A stretch of DNA of 64,000 nt from Akkermansia muciniphila (GCA_945861535.1 CAMAUZ010000028.1:6699-70698), one strand, 5' to 3'. Shown: positions 1 through 9,830, counted from the stretch's first letter. Numbers and translations are program-made. Notes: a model not told the origin generated them from the letters alone.

Positions 1-2034
1 TTCCACGGCACCGGTGAAGCGGGTGAGGCGCACGGCTTGCACAGCCGCGGTGAATTGATCGGTGGCGGCGGCCCATTGCCCCCCGGTCTGGAATTCGATC
101 TTGGTCGGTGTGGCGGTGCGCTGGCGTTCGAGGTCGCGGAGGAAGACGGGGAGGACTTCGTAGAGTTCGGCGACGGTGTCTTTGCCATCGCCGTTGAGAC
201 GCGTCTCGATGCGGAGTGAGTTGTCACTCAGGGTGAAGGTGCGGGAGTAGCTGATACTTCCGTCGAGTGACTTCTCTTTGCCCATGGTGATGGCGGGGAT
301 GACGCCGGAGGCCGTGGCGCGGAAGGTGGCGCCTTGGGATTCGTAGGTGACATCGGGTTTCTGGATGCGCGCGGAGGTGAAGACTTTCCCGGCGGCGGTG
401 GTGCCGGTGACGGCGTGGACGGGCCAGGAGCGCCAGGTTTCGGGGGTGTCGAAGTTGGGCGGGTTTTGGTTGGGGAAGGGCATGCCGCCGCGGCGACCGA
501 GCAGGACGGTGCCGGCGTCGGGCGTCCAGAAGGCGGAGAGACTGCCCCCGGAGAGACCGTAGGGGCCGGCGAATTCGATGTGACCTTCGCCCTGGAATTC
601 CGAGACGGGGCCGGTGTGGACGATGACTCCGAACTTGGGTTTGCGCGAGATGAGGAAGGCTTTCTCGTAGGCTTCGGTGAACGGAGTGCCGCGGGCAAAG
701 GGATATTTGAGCAGGGGCGAGTGGGTGCGTTCCAGTTCCTGCCGGTGGGCGAGGTGGCCTTTGCGGTAGTAGTCGTAGGCGTAGTTGTTCATCGGGAAGG
801 CGGGCGCATTGGGCCAGAGGCTCCAGCGCCAGGGATTGGAGGCGAGCTTGTCGTTCGGGAGGCCGCCGGGGTTTTCGTGGATTTCCGCGCGGGCTTCCGC
901 GGCGGCGGCGGCGGGTGCGGCCTTGAGTTGTTCTTCGGTGGGGAAACGGACTTCGCTGGCGACGTCATCGGTCAAAAAGGACGCGGCGACGCTGCGGAAG
1001 GGAAAGTCCCACTGGTCCTTGACGACATCACTCGAAGTGCGGGCGTTGAAGTGGCTGGGGCCCACCACGGCGCCGTCGGGTTCCGGGAGGGTGAGGTGAT
1101 TGCGGAGGCGCAACACCTTTTTGACGGCGTCTTGCACGAACGGCCAGTCGGGGGAGGCGAGCGCGAGCCAGGTGGCGAAGTAGAGACTCATGCCCTGATA
1201 GCCGGCATCCACGCAGCCCTGGTCGGTGAAGTAACCGGCGGGATGATAGTACCAAGGGTCGGAGAAGACGCGGCGGGCGTAGTTTTCGGCGAGGGTTTTG
1301 GCTTCGGGAGTTCGGATGGCGTCGGCGGCGAGTCGCATGCCGAGGACGGCGGAGAGATCGAAGTGGGTTTCGTCGCCTTTCGGTCCCCATTTGGTGACGC
1401 GGTGCATCATGCGCAGGAGACAGGCTTCGTAAGCGGCGCGGGTGTCGGCGGGGAGGACGTCGCGGACGTTGTTGTAGGTGTAGGCATAGTTGACGAAATG
1501 AGGGCCGAACCAATCGGAGCGGGTGTCTTTGGGGCTGCCGGAGTTTTCCTGCAAGTCATCGGTCATGAGCATGAGCACGGTGGCGGTGGCGAAGGCGCGG
1601 AGCTTGAGGGCGCGCGAGCCGTGGTAGGGATTGCCGGGATAATCCCAGTTGGCGAACCACGCGGTGGGTTCGGGCCAGCAGGAGGGGCGCATCACGCCTT
1701 TCTCGGGGTTCTCGATGGCGGCGAGGGTGAACTGTTGCGGGGGCAGATTGATCGAGGGCGCGCTGCGTTTGCGGCCGATGCGGGGGAACTCGAGGGAGAG
1801 CAGCCAGGCGCGATAGTGATCGTCGGCGTCGCTAACATGGGCGGCGGCGACGGGTTCCTTGATGCCGTGATCGAAGTCTTTCTCGGTGAGCGAGCCGAGG
1901 AATTGGCGCAGGGTTTTTTGGTGGGGGTGCTGGTCGGGGAGTTTGGTGCGGGCAGGGGGAGCGGCGGCCGAGGTCGGCAGGGTTGTGAGCGCGGTGAGGG
2001 TGAGGAGGGTGGCGAGAGATCGGAGGGGGTTCAT
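1..2034 (-). CDS. Secreted protein of unknown family, paralog of 4803..7094 (3' end runs off the window)
   Basis: Absent from the ORF track because there is no stop in the window. Hand translation from ATG 2034: MNPLRSLATLLTLTALTTLPTSAAAPPARTKLPDQHPHQKTLRQFLGSLTEKDFDHGIK..., later KWGPKGDETHFD, LTLPEPDGAVVGPSHF, GPYGLSGGSLSAFWTPDAGTVLLGRRGG, all colinear with the 4803..7094 protein; signal-peptide-like N-terminus. Confidence 0.85.
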   Translation of the reverse strand, partial: MNPLRSLATLLTLTALTTLPTSAAAPPARTKLPDQHPHQKTLRQFLGSLTEKDFDHGIKEPVAAAHVSDADDHYRAWLLSLEFPRIGRKRSAPSINLPPQQFTLAAIENPEKGVMRPSCWPEPTAWFANWDYPGNPYHGSRALKLRAFATATVLMLMTDDLQENSGSPKDTRSDWFGPHFVNYAYTYNNVRDVLPADTRAAYEACLLRMMHRVTKWGPKGDETHFDLSAVLGMRLAADAIRTPEAKTLAENYARRVFSDPWYYHPAGYFTDQGCVDAGYQGMSLYFATWLALASPDWPFVQDAVKKVLRLRNHLTLPEPDGAVVGPSHFNARTSSDVVKDQWDFPFRSVAASFLTDDVASEVRFPTEEQLKAAPAAAAAEARAEIHENPGGLPNDKLASNPWRWSLWPNAPAFPMNNYAYDYYRKGHLAHRQELERTHSPLLKYPFARGTPFTEAYEKAFLISRKPKFGVIVHTGPVSEFQGEGHIEFAGPYGLSGGSLSAFWTPDAGTVLLGRRGGMPFPNQNPPNFDTPETWRSWPVHAVTGTTAAGKVFTSARIQKPDVTYESQGATFRATASGVIPAITMGKEKSLDGSISYSRTFTLSDNSLRIETRLNGDGKDTVAELYEVLPVFLRDLERQRTATPTKIEFQTGGQWAAATDQFTAAVQAVRLTRFTGAVE

Positions 2035-2106
2035 AATTTGGCAGGGTAATTTTGGGCAGGGTAATGGGGGGAAGATGAGATCGGCGTCAGGCGGTGTCTT
2101 TCAGTT

Positions 2107-4806
2107 TTATTCCTTACTGAAGGGGATGAGCTGGTAGGAGAGGGAGAGTTTGCTGGCGGGGGTGGGGACGGTGGTGAGTTCGATGAGGAGGGTGTGGTTG
2201 TCGCCGCGGTGGACGCGGCGGGGGTGGTCGAGTTGGAGGCGGAGGCCGAAACCGCCGCGGTCGAGGGTGATGGTTTGGCAGAGGGTGGGGGTTTTGGTGA
2301 GGGGGCCGAGGTTCGCACCGTCGGCGGCGGTGAGGGTGAGGGTGGTGGGTTCGGGTTTGGCGGATTTGGCGGTGCGGGCTTGGAGGGGGACGAAGGGGAT
2401 CATTTCCCAGGCTTCGGCGATGTGTCCGCGGCGGGGGTTTTTGACCCAGAGGTTGAGGAGGTCGTTGTAGTGGGTTTCGGTGAGTTGCACGGCGCAGCGG
2501 AGGGCGGCGGGTTCAAAGGTGTAGGTGCGCGCGCAGCCGACGGTGGATTGGCGGACTTCGGCGCTGCTGGTGACGGTGGTGTTGGTCAGGCGGGCGTTGA
2601 AATGTTCGCTGTCGGCGGTGACGAGGGGCGCGCCATCGACGGTGTGGCCGACGACGGTGTGGAGGTGGAAATCGCGCCAGAGGGCGGTGCTCATTTTGTC
2701 GCCGTATTCGCCGTTGAGGGTCGAGGCGAGGACGGGGCCGCGGCCGGGGATGTGGAGCTGGCAGAGCATGCCGCCGCCGTAGCCGGACTGGCCTTGGTGG
2801 GCGTTGGATTCCCATTTGGGGGAGAGTCGCCCGTGGTAGGTGAGGGCGTAGTAGGTGGGGCGGCGCGCGGCGAACCATTCGCCGGCGTCGTTGACGTTGA
2901 CCGTGAAGTCGGGGCCGGGGAGGCCTTTCCAGGCGAAGGGGCCGTCGCGTTCGAGGGCGCAGTGCGGGTAGTGGTGGGTGCGCGAACTCCACGGGCCGGC
3001 GGGGATTTGTTCGTCGGCGAGGGTGTAGCTGAACCAGGTGCGGATGCGGTCGTAGGCGGTTTGCATGCGCGGGTCGGGGAGGTCGGTGAGGACGGATTGC
3101 CAGGTTTCGAGAATGTAGGAGGCGTAGTGGTAGGCGTAGGCGAAGCCTTCCTGCACGGGGCCGGAGGGGCCGAGGCCGACGCGTTCGCCCCAGCCGCCGG
3201 TGGCGAAGCGCTGCCAGTAGGTGTCGAAGAGTTGCTGCTGAAGCGGGTCGCCGGTGGCGGCGGCGCAGTAGCGGAGGGCGGAGAGGATCTGGGCGAAAGC
3301 GTTGCCGTTGACGCGTTCCCAACTGCGGCAGAAGGCGAGGCGGTCGCCGCAGACGAGCAGGGCGTCGCGCACGGCCTGCTTGACGTTGGGAGGGGCGTCG
3401 GATTCTTGGAGGACGCGCCAGGAGGGCCGCCAGTAGTGGAAGGCGTAGTTGCCGAATTCGTAGGCCATATTTCCGTAGGGTCCGCCGGTGGCGACGGTGA
3501 CGTGGTCGTTGGGGCCGATGCTGCGGAGGCCGGCGGCGAGGTCGCGGAGGGCAACGTTGAGGGCGGGGCGATTTTTGTGCGCGGGCCAGTGGTGCAGGAT
3601 GCGGTCGCAGGCGGGGGGCTGCCAGTAGCGGCCGTTGACGGGGAGAAAACCAGGGCGGGTGGGGAGGGTTTGGGCGGCGGCGGGTTTGGCGGGTAAGGGC
3701 GCGGGTTCGAGGGGTTTGCCGGCGGCGTCTTGGATGGTGAAATCTTCGGGGGTGAGGGTTTTGAGCCAGTCGTGGAGGGCGATCTGGTAGGGCTGCCAGA
3801 AGAGCTGGTTGTCGTGGTAGAGCGCGCCGCCGCGGAGGGCGCGGGCGGTGGCGGCGTCGGGGGCGAAGACGGCGGGGACGACGCGGGTGCCGCGTTGTTG
3901 CACGAGGGGGTCTTTGTCGAAGGTGAACTTGAGATTCACCATGAAATCGTTGTCGCCGGCGGAGACGTCGAGGGTGAGGAGTTGGTCGTGGAGGGCGGCG
4001 GCGTTGGTGAAGGTGAGGAAGTGGGTGGTGGTGCCGGAGGGGGTGGTGAGTTCGGCGAGCGTGGTGCCGTCGGGGGCGCGGAGGGTGGCGCGGCGGGTGC
4101 GGGGGAGGTCGAGTTCGGCGAGCATGAGGTGCGCGCCGGTGGCTCCGCGCGGGACGTAGAGGTGGCTCTGACGCCACATTGCGCCGTGGCCGTGGAGCCA
4201 GTCGGGATGGCCGGCGATTCCGTATTTGAGGGCGGGGTCGAGGCGGACGGTGACGTAGTGGTCGGTGGCGCCGACGAGGAGGATGCGCCAGATGCCGGGA
4301 GGGCCCTTGGGAATGGTGTGGGTGAAGGTGCGTTTGGGGGTGGCGGCGAGGCGGTCGGGTTGCGAGGGGGCGCTCCAGCGCCATTGGGGTTCGGTGCCCA
4401 TCATGCGGAGGTGGGCGAGATACCAGGTGTCGTGGCCGAGCGCGCCTTTGGCGGGGAGCGCGGCGGGGGAGGTGACGCCGTCGTCGGGGATGACGGCGCG
4501 GACGGGGTTGGCGCCGGCGGGGTCGTAGATTTTGAGGAGGACTTCGCGGGGGCCGTTTTCGCTGAGGTTGATGTCGCGGACGTCGAGGGAGAGGTCGAAG
4601 GCGCGGCCGTCAGGGTTGTGAACGAAGAGGGTGAGGCCGTCGAAGAGGCGGTGGGTTTCGGCGGTGGCAAGGGACGATGTGAGGAGGATGGCCGCAAAGA
4701 ACGTAAAGAGGCGCAAAGAGGGGGATGGGAATTGGCAGGGGAATTTGGGGCAGGGGAATGGGAAGGAACGAGGCGGGTGAGGAGGGTGTGGGGCGTCGGG
4801 TTTCAT
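2107..4806 (-). CDS. Large secreted hypothetical protein (~899 aa); C-terminal region related to the two flanking paralogs
   Basis: Protein-like part of ORF 2107..5997 starts at MKPDAPH (ATG 4806 overlaps the upstream TGA as ATGA; TTG 4716 is an alternative start). Motifs YYALTYHG, SGYGGGMLCQLHIPGRGPVL, LDHPRRV resemble the C-termini of the neighbours. Confidence 0.8.
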   Translation of the reverse strand: MKPDAPHPPHPPRSFPFPCPKFPCQFPSPSLRLFTFFAAILLTSSLATAETHRLFDGLTLFVHNPDGRAFDLSLDVRDINLSENGPREVLLKIYDPAGANPVRAVIPDDGVTSPAALPAKGALGHDTWYLAHLRMMGTEPQWRWSAPSQPDRLAATPKRTFTHTIPKGPPGIWRILLVGATDHYVTVRLDPALKYGIAGHPDWLHGHGAMWRQSHLYVPRGATGAHLMLAELDLPRTRRATLRAPDGTTLAELTTPSGTTTHFLTFTNAAALHDQLLTLDVSAGDNDFMVNLKFTFDKDPLVQQRGTRVVPAVFAPDAATARALRGGALYHDNQLFWQPYQIALHDWLKTLTPEDFTIQDAAGKPLEPAPLPAKPAAAQTLPTRPGFLPVNGRYWQPPACDRILHHWPAHKNRPALNVALRDLAAGLRSIGPNDHVTVATGGPYGNMAYEFGNYAFHYWRPSWRVLQESDAPPNVKQAVRDALLVCGDRLAFCRSWERVNGNAFAQILSALRYCAAATGDPLQQQLFDTYWQRFATGGWGERVGLGPSGPVQEGFAYAYHYASYILETWQSVLTDLPDPRMQTAYDRIRTWFSYTLADEQIPAGPWSSRTHHYPHCALERDGPFAWKGLPGPDFTVNVNDAGEWFAARRPTYYALTYHGRLSPKWESNAHQGQSGYGGGMLCQLHIPGRGPVLASTLNGEYGDKMSTALWRDFHLHTVVGHTVDGAPLVTADSEHFNARLTNTTVTSSAEVRQSTVGCARTYTFEPAALRCAVQLTETHYNDLLNLWVKNPRRGHIAEAWEMIPFVPLQARTAKSAKPEPTTLTLTAADGANLGPLTKTPTLCQTITLDRGGFGLRLQLDHPRRVHRGDNHTLLIELTTVPTPASKLSLSYQLIPFSKE

Positions 4807-7094
4807 TTTGTCGGGCGGAGGCGGTAGGAGATGGAGGCGGTGCGGGGGACGAGGGGTTGGTCGCGGTTTTCGAGGAGGTCGATGAGGAGGTTGCGGCAGG
4901 CGGCGCGGCTGAGGTAGGTGTCTTGGAATTCGGCGGGGGACAGTTTCACGCGGCGGGGGTGGTCGAATTCGACGAGGACCGCGCCGGTGAAGCGGGTGAG
5001 GCGCGCGGCGGTGACTCCTTCGGTCCAGTTGGTGGTGGCGGCGGACCAGGTTTGGTTGCGCTGGAGTTCGATGGTGGTGGGCTGGGCTTTGGCTTGTTGC
5101 TGGGTATCGCGGAGGAAGACGGGGAGGGTTTCGTAGAGTTCGGCGAAGGCGTCCTGGCCGGTGGATTGCAGCGTGGTCTCGATGCGCAGGGTGTCGGCGG
5201 CGAGGGTGAAGGTGCGGGTGTAATCGAGGCGGCCGTCGAGGGCTTTGGGTTGTCCAAGCTGGCCGCGCGGGATCGTGCCGGTGACGCGGACGGTGCCGTC
5301 GATGGCGGTGAGAGTGCTGGTGACGTGCGGGTTTTGGATGCGCGCGGTGGTGAAGATTTTTCCGTCGGGACGAATGCCCGAGACGGCGTGGATGGGGCAC
5401 GAGCGCCATTCTTCGAGGGGGTCCATGTTTTTGTCCTTGGTCATGCCGCCGCGGCGACCGAGGAGGACGGAGCCGGTGGCGGGGGTCCAGAAGGCGGAGA
5501 GTTGTCCGCCGCCGAAGCCGTAGGGGCCGGCGAGGGGGAGGTGGCCGTCGTCGAGGTTGGGCGCGCCGACGGGGCCGGTGTGGAGGATGGCGGCGTAATT
5601 GGTGAATTTCGCGACGGTGAAGGCTTGGGAAAAATCGCGGAGGAAGGTTTCGTCGCGGAGGAACGGGGAGCGGAGGAGCGGGGATTTTTCCTGTTCGAGT
5701 TTGAGGCGATGGGCGAAGGCACCGGCGGGGTAGTATTCGTAGGCGAAGCTGACCATGGCGGGGAAGTTGTAGGACTGCCAGAGGCGGAAGGTCCAGGGAT
5801 GGTTGCCGAGTTCGTCGTTGCGGGCGAAGCGGCGCTGTTCCGTGAGGACCGGGTTTTCTTGGATTTGTCCGTTGAAGAATCCGCCGCGCTGGGCGGCGGC
5901 ATTGGTAAGGGCGGCCGGGGCGGGGAGGGGGACGAGATAGGCGGCCTCGTCGGTGACGAGCGATGCGGCGTAGTCGCGGTAGTGGCCCCATTCCCATTGG
6001 TCGCGCCAGGCGTCGGCGCTGTAGCGGGTTTGAAAGTGGCTGGGGCCGAAGGTGCGTCCGTCGGGTTCGGGAAGTGTCACGTGCGCGCGGAGTCGGTGGC
6101 AGCGATCGACGACGTCGCGGGCGAACGGCCAGCTAGTGGCGAGTGCGAGCCAGGTGGTGAAGAAGTTGGCCTGGCCCGCGAAGCCGAGGTCGAGGCCACC
6201 GCGGTCCACGAAATAACCGGCGGGATGAAAGTGGCGTGGATCGGTGAAAAGTATGCGGGCGTAGGATTCGGTCTGCTTCGCAAAATCAGGGTCGCCGAGG
6301 GCTTGGCTGATGTACCAAAGCGACACGGGCGCGACGACGTCGATCTGCGGGTCTTCGCCTTTCGGTCCCCAATCAAGGAGGCGCTGGCCCATTTTGCGTA
6401 GGCCGGTGAGGTAGGCGGCACGCACATTTTCCGGCACGGCGTCGCGGACGATGGGGAAGGGATAGGCGAGCAGGATGAGCGTCGGCGCGAGCCAGTCGCT
6501 GCGACCGATGCCGCCGATTTCGGGGGCGTGTTCGAGTTGGGCGTCGAGCATGGCGAGGTGGACGCACATGGTGACGAACGCGCGCAGTTTCATCGGACGC
6601 GAGTGGAGGTAGGGATTGTGCTGGTTGGTCCAGGTGGTGAGGAAGGCGGCGGGTTCGGCCCAGACGGGGGGGCGTTTGATGCCGGTGGGGGTTTCGATTT
6701 CGGGGAGCGTGAAGAGGCGGGACGGGGCGTTGACGGCGGGATAGCCGCGCTTGGTGCCGACGAGCGGCTGGAGCATCTGGGTGAGGAGGAAGTTGCGGTA
6801 TTGCGTTTCCGGGTCGGTGGGGACGGAGATGTTGCTGAACTTCTGCGTGATGCCGTGCTCGAAGTCGGAGGGTTTCAGGGAGGCGAGATATTGGCGGAGA
6901 GTTTTCTGGAAGGCGTGGTGCTCGGGCAGCGTGGTGCGCTGGAAGACGGGCGGGGCAGGGGGGGCGTTGGTGGCGGCGGCGATGGGCGGGGGCGGTGTGG
7001 CTGGCGCGGCGGGGGCGGCGGCGAACGCGATGGGCGCGAGGAGCAGCAGAAGCGTGTCGGTGGTGAGATGGCGGAGGAGATGCCTGATGCTCAT
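4803..7094 (-). CDS. Secreted hypothetical protein (~763 aa), possibly heparinase II/III-like architecture
   Basis: ORF 4803..7166; best start MSIRHLLRH at 7094 with hydrophobic signal peptide and Pro/Ala linker; strongly C-ending codons. The fold guess is inference only. Confidence 0.8.
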   Translation of the reverse strand: MSIRHLLRHLTTDTLLLLLAPIAFAAAPAAPATPPPPIAAATNAPPAPPVFQRTTLPEHHAFQKTLRQYLASLKPSDFEHGITQKFSNISVPTDPETQYRNFLLTQMLQPLVGTKRGYPAVNAPSRLFTLPEIETPTGIKRPPVWAEPAAFLTTWTNQHNPYLHSRPMKLRAFVTMCVHLAMLDAQLEHAPEIGGIGRSDWLAPTLILLAYPFPIVRDAVPENVRAAYLTGLRKMGQRLLDWGPKGEDPQIDVVAPVSLWYISQALGDPDFAKQTESYARILFTDPRHFHPAGYFVDRGGLDLGFAGQANFFTTWLALATSWPFARDVVDRCHRLRAHVTLPEPDGRTFGPSHFQTRYSADAWRDQWEWGHYRDYAASLVTDEAAYLVPLPAPAALTNAAAQRGGFFNGQIQENPVLTEQRRFARNDELGNHPWTFRLWQSYNFPAMVSFAYEYYPAGAFAHRLKLEQEKSPLLRSPFLRDETFLRDFSQAFTVAKFTNYAAILHTGPVGAPNLDDGHLPLAGPYGFGGGQLSAFWTPATGSVLLGRRGGMTKDKNMDPLEEWRSCPIHAVSGIRPDGKIFTTARIQNPHVTSTLTAIDGTVRVTGTIPRGQLGQPKALDGRLDYTRTFTLAADTLRIETTLQSTGQDAFAELYETLPVFLRDTQQQAKAQPTTIELQRNQTWSAATTNWTEGVTAARLTRFTGAVLVEFDHPRRVKLSPAEFQDTYLSRAACRNLLIDLLENRDQPLVPRTASISYRLRPTK

Positions 7095-7525
7095 GGCGCG
7101 ATGGTTTTCAGCAATGGTTTGCGACGTGGGACGCGGGAGAGTTGGGCGGACGGGTGTGAGTTGCAATCCTGATTAATGATGTGGCGCGTTGCGCGGTGTG
7201 ATTTCCGATGGGGAAGGCTGACCCCGAACTCTTCGGAGAAACCCTCGCTGGCGGGGCGGTCGGTTCGTGGCGCGCGCCGGGACGCATCGGGCATGCCGAA
7301 CGGCAGGCAGGGGCGGAGGCTTTCCTTGGTGGTGCGGGAGTTGGCCGCAGTTCGAAATGCCTGAGTTTGGCAGGGGAATTTGGGGCAGGGGAATGGGGAA
7401 TGGGCGGTGGGTTTCATCGGGGCGGGTGGGCCGGGGGCGGAGGCCGCAGGTTTTCCATATCCTGCGGGGCGGTTCCCGATAGTACCTCTGGACGCGCGCC
7501 GCTCCGTTCCCCTATCGTCCGCGGC

Positions 7526-7801
7526 ATGTCGAAGGCTGCCAGGACGGCGGCGCCGGTTTTTACCGCGCCGCCGTTACCATTTGAAGATGCGTTGCAAAAG
7601 CTCGAGGCCATCGTTGCGTCGATGGAATCGGACGAATTGCCATTGGATACGCTCCTGGCGCGCTTTGAGGAAGGCACCCAACTGGCCGAAATGTGTCAGG
7701 CCAAGCTGGCGGAAGCCGAAGTGAAGATCAAACAACTGGAACAATCCGCCGCCGGCGACTTCACCCTGAAGCCGCTGGCCGTGGACGACACGGAGCCGTG
7801 A
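7526..7801 (+). CDS. xseB: Exodeoxyribonuclease VII small subunit
   Basis: FEDALQKLEAIVASMESDELPLDTLLARFEEG motif; directly upstream of dxs, a common arrangement. Confidence 0.93.
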   Translation: MSKAARTAAPVFTAPPLPFEDALQKLEAIVASMESDELPLDTLLARFEEGTQLAEMCQAKLAEAEVKIKQLEQSAAGDFTLKPLAVDDTEP

Positions 7802-7803
7802 GT

Positions 7804-9789
7804 ATGAGCCGATATCTCGAAATGGTGGATCACCCGTCCCACATCAAAAAACTCAATCTGGAGCAACTGACCCAGCTCGCCGCCGAGGTCCGGCAGGAAT
7901 TGATCACCAAGCTCGCCACCAACGGCGGGCATCTCGGCCCCAACCTCGGCGTGGTCGAGCTGACCATCGCGATGCACACGGTGTTCGCGACGCCCAAGGA
8001 CAAGTTCGTCTGGGACGTGAGCCACCAGAGCTACGTCCACAAGCTGTTCACCGGACGCAAGGACCGCTTCGCCACCATCCGCACCACGGGCGGCCTGAAC
8101 GGTTTCTCGCTCCGCACGGAGAGCGAGCACGACTGCTACGGCGCCGGCCACGCGGGCACGGCCTTGTCTGCCGCGCTCGGCATGTGCGCCGCGCGCGACC
8201 AGCGCAAGAGCGATGAAAATGTCGTCTGCGTCTTTGGCGACGCCGCGCTGACCAATGGCGTGAGCTACGAGGCGCTGAACAACATTGCGCACACCACGAA
8301 GAAGTTCATCGGCATCCTCAACGACAACGAGTGGAGCATCGCCAAGAACGTCGGGGCCATTGCCGGCTACCTGAACAAGCTGATCACCAACCCCACCTAC
8401 AACCAGCTCCAGCGCGATTTCGAGGCCTTCATGCGCCGGATGCCGTGCGGCGAAATCACCCACAAAATCGGTCACAAGGTCGAGGAAGCCGTCAAAGGCG
8501 TGGTCAAGGAAGTCACGCTCCGCCACAATCCCGGGACTCCCGACGACGAGGGCCGCGGTGGTTTCGGCAGCAGCCTCATCTTCGAGGAACTCGGCCTGCG
8601 CTATCTCGGCCCCATCGACGGCCACGATCTCCCGCTGCTCATCAAGTCGCTCGAATTCGCCAAGCAATGTCCGGAGCCGATCGTGCTCCACGTCCTCACG
8701 CAAAAGGGCAAAGGCTACGATGTCGCGCTGAAGCATCCCGAGAAATTCCACGGCCTCGGACCTTACGACATCACCACCGGCAACACCCCCGCGGCCAAGC
8801 CTGGCACCGCGCCCGCCTATCAGGACGTCTTTGGCCAGACGATGGTCAAGCTCTGCCAGAAGGACTCGAGCATCGTCGGCATCACCGCCGCGATGCCCAG
8901 CGGCACCGGCCTCAAGGCGCTCGAAAAGGCCATGCCGCAGCGCTACTACGATGTGGGCATCGCCGAGGAGCACGCCGTGATCTTCGCCGCCGGCATGGCC
9001 ACGATGGGCTTCCATCCGGTCGTCGCGATCTACAGCACTTTCCTCCAGCGCGCTTACGACTGCATTCACCACGACGTGTGCCTCCAGGATTTGCCGGTGA
9101 TTTTCTGCATGGACCGCGCGGGCCTTTCCGCCAACGACGGCCCGACCCACCACGGCCTCTTCGACATCGCCTACCTCCGCTGCCTGCCCGGTATCATCGG
9201 CATGTCGCCGAAGAACGAGGATGAACTCCAGGACATGATGTTCACCGCCACGTTGCAAAAACATCCGGTCGCCATCCGCTATCCGCGCGGTCCCGGCGAA
9301 GGCGTGCCGGTCAAGGAAATGCCCGCCGTGCTCGAGATCGGCAAGGCCGAGGTCACGCGCAACTTCTCGCAAAACAGCGGCCGCAAAGTCGCCCTCTTCG
9401 GTCTCGGCAACCTCCACTCCATGGCCACCAAGACCGCGGAATTGCTCGCCAAGGAAGGCTTCGACTGCGCCGTGATCAACCCGCGTTTCTACAAGCCCCT
9501 TGATGCCGGCCTGCTCGAATTCTTCGGCCGCGCCGCCGACCTCGTCGTCACCTTCGAGGATCATCAAATGATGGGCGGCTTCGGCAGCACCGTGCTGGAA
9601 TTGTTCTCCGAGAAAGCCGTCACCACGCCCGTCGTGCGCATCGGCTGGCCGGACAAATTCATCGAACACGCCTCGACCGTGGACTACCTCCGCGAGAAAC
9701 ACGGCCTCACCGCCGCCAACGCGGTGGCGCAGGTGAAATCAAAATTCCGCGAGGCACCTGCGTCGTCGCGGCTCGTCATCGCGGCGTGA
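7804..9789 (+). CDS. dxs: 1-deoxy-D-xylulose-5-phosphate synthase
   Basis: GGHLGPNLGVVELT, WDVSHQSYVHK, GDAALT..E..NN (ThDP motif), DVGIAEEHAV, DRAG..DGPTHHG. Confidence 0.97.
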   Translation: MSRYLEMVDHPSHIKKLNLEQLTQLAAEVRQELITKLATNGGHLGPNLGVVELTIAMHTVFATPKDKFVWDVSHQSYVHKLFTGRKDRFATIRTTGGLNGFSLRTESEHDCYGAGHAGTALSAALGMCAARDQRKSDENVVCVFGDAALTNGVSYEALNNIAHTTKKFIGILNDNEWSIAKNVGAIAGYLNKLITNPTYNQLQRDFEAFMRRMPCGEITHKIGHKVEEAVKGVVKEVTLRHNPGTPDDEGRGGFGSSLIFEELGLRYLGPIDGHDLPLLIKSLEFAKQCPEPIVLHVLTQKGKGYDVALKHPEKFHGLGPYDITTGNTPAAKPGTAPAYQDVFGQTMVKLCQKDSSIVGITAAMPSGTGLKALEKAMPQRYYDVGIAEEHAVIFAAGMATMGFHPVVAIYSTFLQRAYDCIHHDVCLQDLPVIFCMDRAGLSANDGPTHHGLFDIAYLRCLPGIIGMSPKNEDELQDMMFTATLQKHPVAIRYPRGPGEGVPVKEMPAVLEIGKAEVTRNFSQNSGRKVALFGLGNLHSMATKTAELLAKEGFDCAVINPRFYKPLDAGLLEFFGRAADLVVTFEDHQMMGGFGSTVLELFSEKAVTTPVVRIGWPDKFIEHASTVDYLREKHGLTAANAVAQVKSKFREAPASSRLVIAA

Positions 9790-9830
9790 TTTCAGCCGTG
9801 ATCCGGCGGCTGCTGAAACACGAACAGGTC

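Noticed and set aside
334-2049. Long plus-strand ORFs opposite real genes (also 2194-3696, 4725-6401, 23996-26695, 60879-62585) and minus-strand shadows such as 7696-9702 and 31575-34436
   Set aside because: Antisense shadow frames caused by high GC and codon bias; no motifs, and the opposite strand carries recognisable proteins.
4807-5997. N-terminal ~400 aa of the 1296-aa ORF
   Set aside because: Arg/Pro-rich off-frame read-through overlapping the 4803..7094 gene; protein-like sequence begins at 4806.
7180-7340. Riboswitch or ncRNA in long leaders (also 37590-37760 and 46570-46970)
   Set aside because: No recognisable conserved aptamer motifs by eye; an Rfam scan would be needed.
7091-7417. 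108-aa ORF (MKPTAHSPFPCPKFPCQ...) whose stop overlaps the next start
   Set aside because: Similarity to the 4806 N-terminus is explained by the shared 31-mer repeat; the remainder is not protein-like. A leader-peptide role cannot be fully excluded.
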